Of a stretch of DNA of 32,000 nucleotides, positions 31,434 to 32,000 are shown one piece after another. The notes beneath the pieces are model-generated. The model saw only the letters and a program-made list of their open reading frames with translations, was not told the DNA's origin and did not search any database. The stretch's first letter is position 1; each line of letters starts with the position of its first letter. The translations under genes and the position numbers were made by a program. Location: contig JAUVVC010000003.1 in the NCBI GenBank assembly GCA_030604855.1, forward strand, positions 150,001 to 182,000, given 5' to 3'. The stretch is from Erysipelotrichaceae bacterium. Lineage in GTDB: Bacteria > Bacillota_I > Bacilli_A > Erysipelotrichales > Erysipelotrichaceae.

Positions 31434-32000
31434 AATCATGATGTTCCTGGTAGATGGCTTCTTCCAAAGTGAAGCGTTTGTCTTCATAAGTCCACTTCAG
31501 AATCGTTCCATTCGGTAGACGTCTGGGCAAGACTTCATCCACATCGTGCCAATGGGATGCGAAAGTCATGGTTGCGCCAGCATGGGAGACCACAAAGACA
31601 TTTTGATGATCGTCTTTCTCCATGATTTCCGTTAATGCTTTGACCATGCGTTCTCTTACGTCTTTACGGGATTCTCCACCATAGGGGACGAAGAAGTCAT
31701 CGAAGCCGGGTCCGCGTTTGGGGTTGAGGTCTTCACTCTCACCTTCGAAGGTCCCAAAGTTCATTTCTTTCAGTGCTTTGAGGCGTGTATAAGGAATGCG
31801 ATGTTCCGTAGCGTGTTCCAACGTATCCGAGGCTCGTTCAGCACTGGAGCTGTATGCATGATCGATGTTTAAGTTTCGAACAAATTTCACGACTTTCTTT
31901 GCTTGTGCTATGCCATTTTCAGTAAGTGGTGAATCACAAGCGCCTTGAATCTTATGTCTTAGATTAAAGAGTGTTTCGCCGTGACGCATCATGTAGAGTG
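31432..32000 (-). CDS. Histidine phosphatase (phosphoglycerate-mutase) family protein; the 5' end probably lies just outside the window
   Basis: It has the RHGETLFN catalytic motif and a downstream ..VVSHAG.. His motif. The frame stays open upstream of the tracked ATG to the window edge (..LYMMRHGE..). Family members usually start 3-6 codons before RHGE. Confidence 0.85.
   Translation of the reverse strand, partial: LYMMRHGETLFNLRHKIQGACDSPLTENGIAQAKKVVKFVRNLNIDHAYSSSAERASDTLEHATEHRIPYTRLKALKEMNFGTFEGESEDLNPKRGPGFDDFFVPYGGESRKDVRERMVKALTEIMEKDDHQNVFVVSHAGATMTFASHWHDVDEVLPRRLPNGTILKWTYEDKRFTLEEAIYQEHHD

Noticed and set aside
1-32000. CRISPR arrays, rRNA, transposases, integrases, prophage or recognisable defence or toxin-antitoxin genes
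   Set aside because: I looked for regularly spaced repeats, IS-like inverted repeats and characteristic protein motifs and found none. The window is essentially core metabolic and envelope genes plus tRNAs.

Overview
The window looks like a chromosomal segment from a low-GC Gram-positive bacterium (Bacillota-type). Evidence is AGGAGG-type ribosome-binding sites (RBS), a lipoprotein lipobox, the cdaA-cdaR-glmM gene order and tRNAs with encoded CCA. GC is roughly 40-45 % by eye, not computed. The window is densely coding and mostly on the + strand.

Gene content, left to right:
(1) 1-7661: a tightly coupled operon. It has the 3' end of a KAS III/FabH-like gene, a LivHMGF-type ABC importer with a lipoprotein binding protein, an acetyl-CoA hydrolase/transferase-family CoA-transferase, an alpha/beta hydrolase and a TetR regulator.
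(2) maf, then tRNA-Thr(GGU), then an unusual ~490-bp AT-rich ORF-free stretch. That stretch contains a promoter-to-terminator unit folding into a small three-way junction, which I call a candidate sRNA.
(3) A Cof-type HAD phosphatase, then an overlapping nucleotidyltransferase / iron-type alcohol dehydrogenase pair.
(4) On the minus strand, a TraB/PrgY-family membrane protein followed by an untracked 30-codon hydrophobic ORF.
(5) 13360-23491: nine genes with no internal terminator. They are cdaA (with a long Lys/Glu-rich tail), cdaR, glmM, an OmpR-type response regulator, a histidine kinase, an alpha/beta hydrolase, a MurF-like ligase whose N-terminal domain is replaced by a polytopic membrane segment, a Nudix hydrolase and ddl.
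(6) Two tandem mgtE paralogues without an M-box leader, then deoD and a small HMA-fold protein lacking CxxC.
(7) tRNA-Ser(GCU), Asp(GUC) and Gly(GCC), a terminator, then tRNA-Gly(CCC).
(8) A membrane sensor protein with a degenerate GGDEF (SSDRF) and an intact EAL domain, plus a coupled 118-aa helical protein. This pair is bracketed by an exact 13-bp direct repeat.
(9) On the minus strand, a DUF1080/LamG-like protein and a histidine-phosphatase gene that runs off the right edge.

I found no rRNA, CRISPR array, transposase, integrase or recognisable defence or toxin genes. I see no single clear-cut novel system. The most unusual items are the membrane-anchored MurF-like ligase inside a two-component-coupled cell-wall precursor module fused to the c-di-AMP operon, the KAS III-like/ABC importer/CoA-transferase cluster, the TraB-plus-micropeptide pair and the candidate sRNA. 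All functional calls rest on by-eye motif recognition; no searches or folding programs were run.
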